A stretch of 64,000 nucleotides of DNA from an uncultured Lentisphaerales bacterium (GTDB lineage: Bacteria; Verrucomicrobiota; Lentisphaeria; JABSQK01; UBA12247). The stretch is from the NCBI GenBank assembly GCA_943788985.1, contig CALSSJ010000031.1, positions 1 through 64,000 on the forward strand. Reading direction: 5' to 3'. This document shows, in pieces, positions 61,121 through 64,000 of the stretch (position 1 is the first letter of the stretch; each line of letters begins with the position of its first letter). The notes under the pieces are model-generated. The model was given only the letters and a program-made list of their open reading frames with translations, searched no databases and was not told the origin of the DNA. A program made the position numbers and the translations under genes.

Positions 61121-63457
61121 ATGGACAACTCCAGCCCGCTCTGCGCAGACCAATCCAGACCGTTCTTTCAACGCACGCCTGCTGCTGATTGGCACGATGC
61201 CCTCCCCTCTGGCAACGGCGTTCTTGGCGCATGCGTCTACGGCGGCGTCTATACCGAAAGAGTTTGCCTGAACCACGAAGGCCTCTGGATTGGCACCCGC
61301 ACACAGGAGCTGCCCGATGTATCCACCTCCCTGCCGCACGTCCGTAATCTTCTTGACCAGGGCGAACTCGAAAAGGCAGAGCACGTCTATCGCGATGCCC
61401 TAACCGAACAGGGCTATCAGGGCAGCATCGGCCGTAGCCACCCCGCAGCAGACCTGTGCTGCTGCCGGCCACCAATTCACCGGCACCGTAACTACCGCCG
61501 CTCCCTAGACATGACCACCGGCGAAGTCACTGTCAGCTGGAGCGAGCGCAAGTTCCAGCTGTCCCGCCGTCTATTTGTCAGTAGAGCCGACGATCTGATC
61601 GTCTGGGAACTATCAGCAGATGCCGGCACAGTCTCCGCTTCCTTCTCACTCGTTCCACATGATCTGAATGATGCTATTGACATGGGGGCCAATGCCCTCA
61701 AGCCTGACATCACCTTCGACTCCTCTGCAGAAGGCTCCCTACTGACGCTCAAGGGCACCTATCATGGTGAATCCCTCGACTACACCGTCCTTGCCCGCGT
61801 GATTCCCACTGGCGGTACGATGGCCACCGCCGACCAAGCCATCTCCGTGACCGATGCGGACCGCATCCTCGTGGTTGCCCAAATTTTTGCCTACGAGCCA
61901 GCCGATCATACTGCTCTAGAAGAACTCAACGCCACCTACGAAGAGCTCCTCGAGCGCCACACCGCCCTGCATCGCCCCCTGTTTCTTGGCACCCAAGTTT
62001 CGCTTGCCACAGACCCGCGCAGCAACGAAGAGCTCCTGCTCGATGCCTATGGCGGCGACCTCTCTCCAGCGCTCGCCCAGCGCATGGCCGACTATGGCCG
62101 CTACCTGCTAATCTCCAGCTCCTGCCCTGGCCACCTGCCCTCGCATCTGCAAGGCGTCTGGAACGGCGACTACCGGCCCGCTTGGAACTGCATCTACATG
62201 CTCAACGAAAACCTGCAGATGAACTATTGGCAAGCCATGCCTGGCGGCCTTGGGGACATGAAGCTCGCAGTTTTCGACTACTACGAAAGCTACCTCGATG
62301 ACTACCGCGCCAACGCCCGCAACCTCTTCGGCTGCCGTGGCATCGTCATCCCGGCAGTGACCACCCCAGGCTCAGGGCTCGCGAAGAATACATCCGCGCA
62401 CATCATCTGTTGGACAGCCGGCGCTGGCTGGCTCGCCCAGCACTATTACGACTACTATCTCTACACCGGCGATCGTGACTTTCTCGTACAGCGCGTCATC
62501 CCCTTCATGAAGGAGGTCGTCGATTTCTACGAAGACTTCCTCACTCTCGGCCCCGATGGCACGCTAGTTTCCAGCCCATCCACCTCCCCAGAGAACACGG
62601 CTAATCCTGGCTACAACCAAGGCTCCCAGCTGCGCATCTCGATCAATGCCACCATGGATATCGCAGTCGCCCGCGAAGTATTCACCCATCTCGCCGAAGC
62701 CTGCGACGAAACCGGCGATGCGGCGGAGTCCGCACGCTGTCGCCGTATGCTCGCCCAGATGCCCGAGTACCAGATCAACGAAGACGGCGCGGTCAAAGAA
62801 TGGATGCATCCGGACTTCCTCGACAACTACCGCCATCGTCACCAGTCCCACCTCTACCCCGTATTCCCGGGCTTCGAAATCACAGAGGAAGACGCCCCCG
62901 AACTCTTCCAAGCCTTTCGTACCGCAGTCGAGAAGCGACTGGTCATCGGCCTCAAAGAGCAGACCGGCTGGTCGCTCGCTCACATGGCAAATATCTTCGC
63001 CCGTCTTGGCGACAGCGAACGCGCGCACGCAACTTTAGCCCTGCTCGCCCAGAACTGCACTGGCACCAACCTGTTCACCTACCACAATGACTATCGTCAT
63101 ATGGGGATCACTGGCACTCTCATTTGGGGGCGGCGTCCGCCGTTCCAGATCGATGCCAACATGGGCTGGACCGCAGCCGTCTACGAGATGCTCGCATTCT
63201 CCCGGCCCGGGACGATCAAGCTGCTCCCCGCCTGTCCGGAAGAGTGGGCATCCGGCAAGCTATCGAGCCTGCATTGTCGTGGTGGTGTGACCCTCTCCAT
63301 GCGCTGGAATGCTTCCGCCGCCAGCCTTCAGGTCCAGCTTTTGTCTCTGCGACAGGATCAGACCGTAGCCCTTCACCTCCCCGGCTTTCTCAACCGCGAG
63401 GTCCGCACCCTCCAGCTTAAGGCCAACCAGCCGACCGAGATCACGATCGGCAACTAA
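61121..63457 (+). CDS. GH95 alpha-1,2-L-fucosidase-like glycoside hydrolase
   Basis: WHDALPSGNG, YGRYLLISSS, LQGVWN, NENLQMNYW, SPEN, HRHQSHLY, FQIDANMG. Confidence 0.93.
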   Translation: MDNSSPLCADQSRPFFQRTPAADWHDALPSGNGVLGACVYGGVYTERVCLNHEGLWIGTRTQELPDVSTSLPHVRNLLDQGELEKAEHVYRDALTEQGYQGSIGRSHPAADLCCCRPPIHRHRNYRRSLDMTTGEVTVSWSERKFQLSRRLFVSRADDLIVWELSADAGTVSASFSLVPHDLNDAIDMGANALKPDITFDSSAEGSLLTLKGTYHGESLDYTVLARVIPTGGTMATADQAISVTDADRILVVAQIFAYEPADHTALEELNATYEELLERHTALHRPLFLGTQVSLATDPRSNEELLLDAYGGDLSPALAQRMADYGRYLLISSSCPGHLPSHLQGVWNGDYRPAWNCIYMLNENLQMNYWQAMPGGLGDMKLAVFDYYESYLDDYRANARNLFGCRGIVIPAVTTPGSGLAKNTSAHIICWTAGAGWLAQHYYDYYLYTGDRDFLVQRVIPFMKEVVDFYEDFLTLGPDGTLVSSPSTSPENTANPGYNQGSQLRISINATMDIAVAREVFTHLAEACDETGDAAESARCRRMLAQMPEYQINEDGAVKEWMHPDFLDNYRHRHQSHLYPVFPGFEITEEDAPELFQAFRTAVEKRLVIGLKEQTGWSLAHMANIFARLGDSERAHATLALLAQNCTGTNLFTYHNDYRHMGITGTLIWGRRPPFQIDANMGWTAAVYEMLAFSRPGTIKLLPACPEEWASGKLSSLHCRGGVTLSMRWNASAASLQVQLLSLRQDQTVALHLPGFLNREVRTLQLKANQPTEITIGN

Positions 63458-63499
63458 CCGAGCTCAGCAGGTGCCTCGCTTCCCCCGACAGCGCGCCCG

Positions 63500-63925
63500 T
63501 TACTCGTTCAACCGCCGCAGATTCTCCTGCGCGATCGCCTCGAACTGCACATAAAGCCGCGCCACGTTAAACTTCTTCGGAAACTCGTACGTCTTCGAGA
63601 CCACCATGATCTCGTTCGAACGCCGATACGGCGATTTGATATACGAGATCGTGAGCTCACAATCATCAAGGCCGAAGCCTGCGGTCTCGCAGCTGACTTC
63701 ACAGATTGAGTCTAGGTGAATCGATCTCACCCGCCACTTCTTCCCTGTCGCCCCCTCCTTATCAAAACTGATGATCCGGAGATCAGTGATCACCAGCGTA
63801 TCGCGCACCAGCTTGAACCCCGTCTGAATCGATTCTCCTGCGATCAGGTACGCCGCGTACTTCTGGGCCAGTTCGTCGCCCGTGACCTCCTGCAAGTTCC
63901 CCAACATGCCTTGAAACAAGCCCAT
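63500..63925 (-). CDS. Bacterial PH-domain protein (bPH_1-like)
   Basis: AGGAGG RBS; MGLFQGMLGN, GFKLVRD.LVITDLRII..DKEGATGKK, ETAGFGLDD.EL. Confidence 0.85.
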   Translation of the reverse strand: MGLFQGMLGNLQEVTGDELAQKYAAYLIAGESIQTGFKLVRDTLVITDLRIISFDKEGATGKKWRVRSIHLDSICEVSCETAGFGLDDCELTISYIKSPYRRSNEIMVVSKTYEFPKKFNVARLYVQFEAIAQENLRRLNE

Positions 63926-64000
63926 TTTGATGCCTCCTACTCGGTGATGTGGGTTGGCTGGCCGGTCTTGATCGCATCCAGCACTTGGTAACACCGTAGC

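Noticed and set aside
1..64000. tRNA or rRNA genes
   Set aside because: No cloverleaf/T-loop or rRNA signature recognised by eye; a tRNAscan-SE/barrnap run would confirm.

Overview
Bacterial chromosomal window of roughly 58-60% GC (estimated by eye). Gene content (prepilin/H-X9-DG protein, IPTL-CTERM protein, sulfatases, fucosidases, SHD1-like and RdgC-like proteins, a C-terminal GTVIIIR tail) suggests a PVC-superphylum organism, probably Lentisphaerota/Kiritimatiellota; this is an inference. About 1-7.5 kb holds a frameshift-riddled ThuA-like gene, a giant cyclophilin/LVIVD/SdrD-B/Calx-beta/CARDB surface protein and pilin-like genes. About 7.8-42 kb is mostly intact core genome: aceE-aceF, hisC, ptsH, rsfS-nadD-rluD, moaC-mobA, a Ser/Thr kinase-cNMP-HTH fusion, an L,D-transpeptidase, thrS and GT2 genes. 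At 42364-44396 a complete group II intron (class-C-like RT, minus strand) truncates uvsE and opens an accessory, decaying region. That region contains gene fragments, an orphaned antitoxin whose ParE-like toxin is cut by an irregular ~58-bp tandem array, and a RAYT-like HUH (Y1) transposase flanked by 28-bp inverted repeats that share a motif with the array. This transposase-array unit is the best candidate for an undescribed element. The window ends in a partly pseudogenised fucose/sulfated-glycan locus (GH29-like, sulfatase, LacI, Lpl-type ABC transporter, GH95). No rRNA, tRNA or CRISPR array was recognised. All family calls are from motif recognition only; no searches were run.
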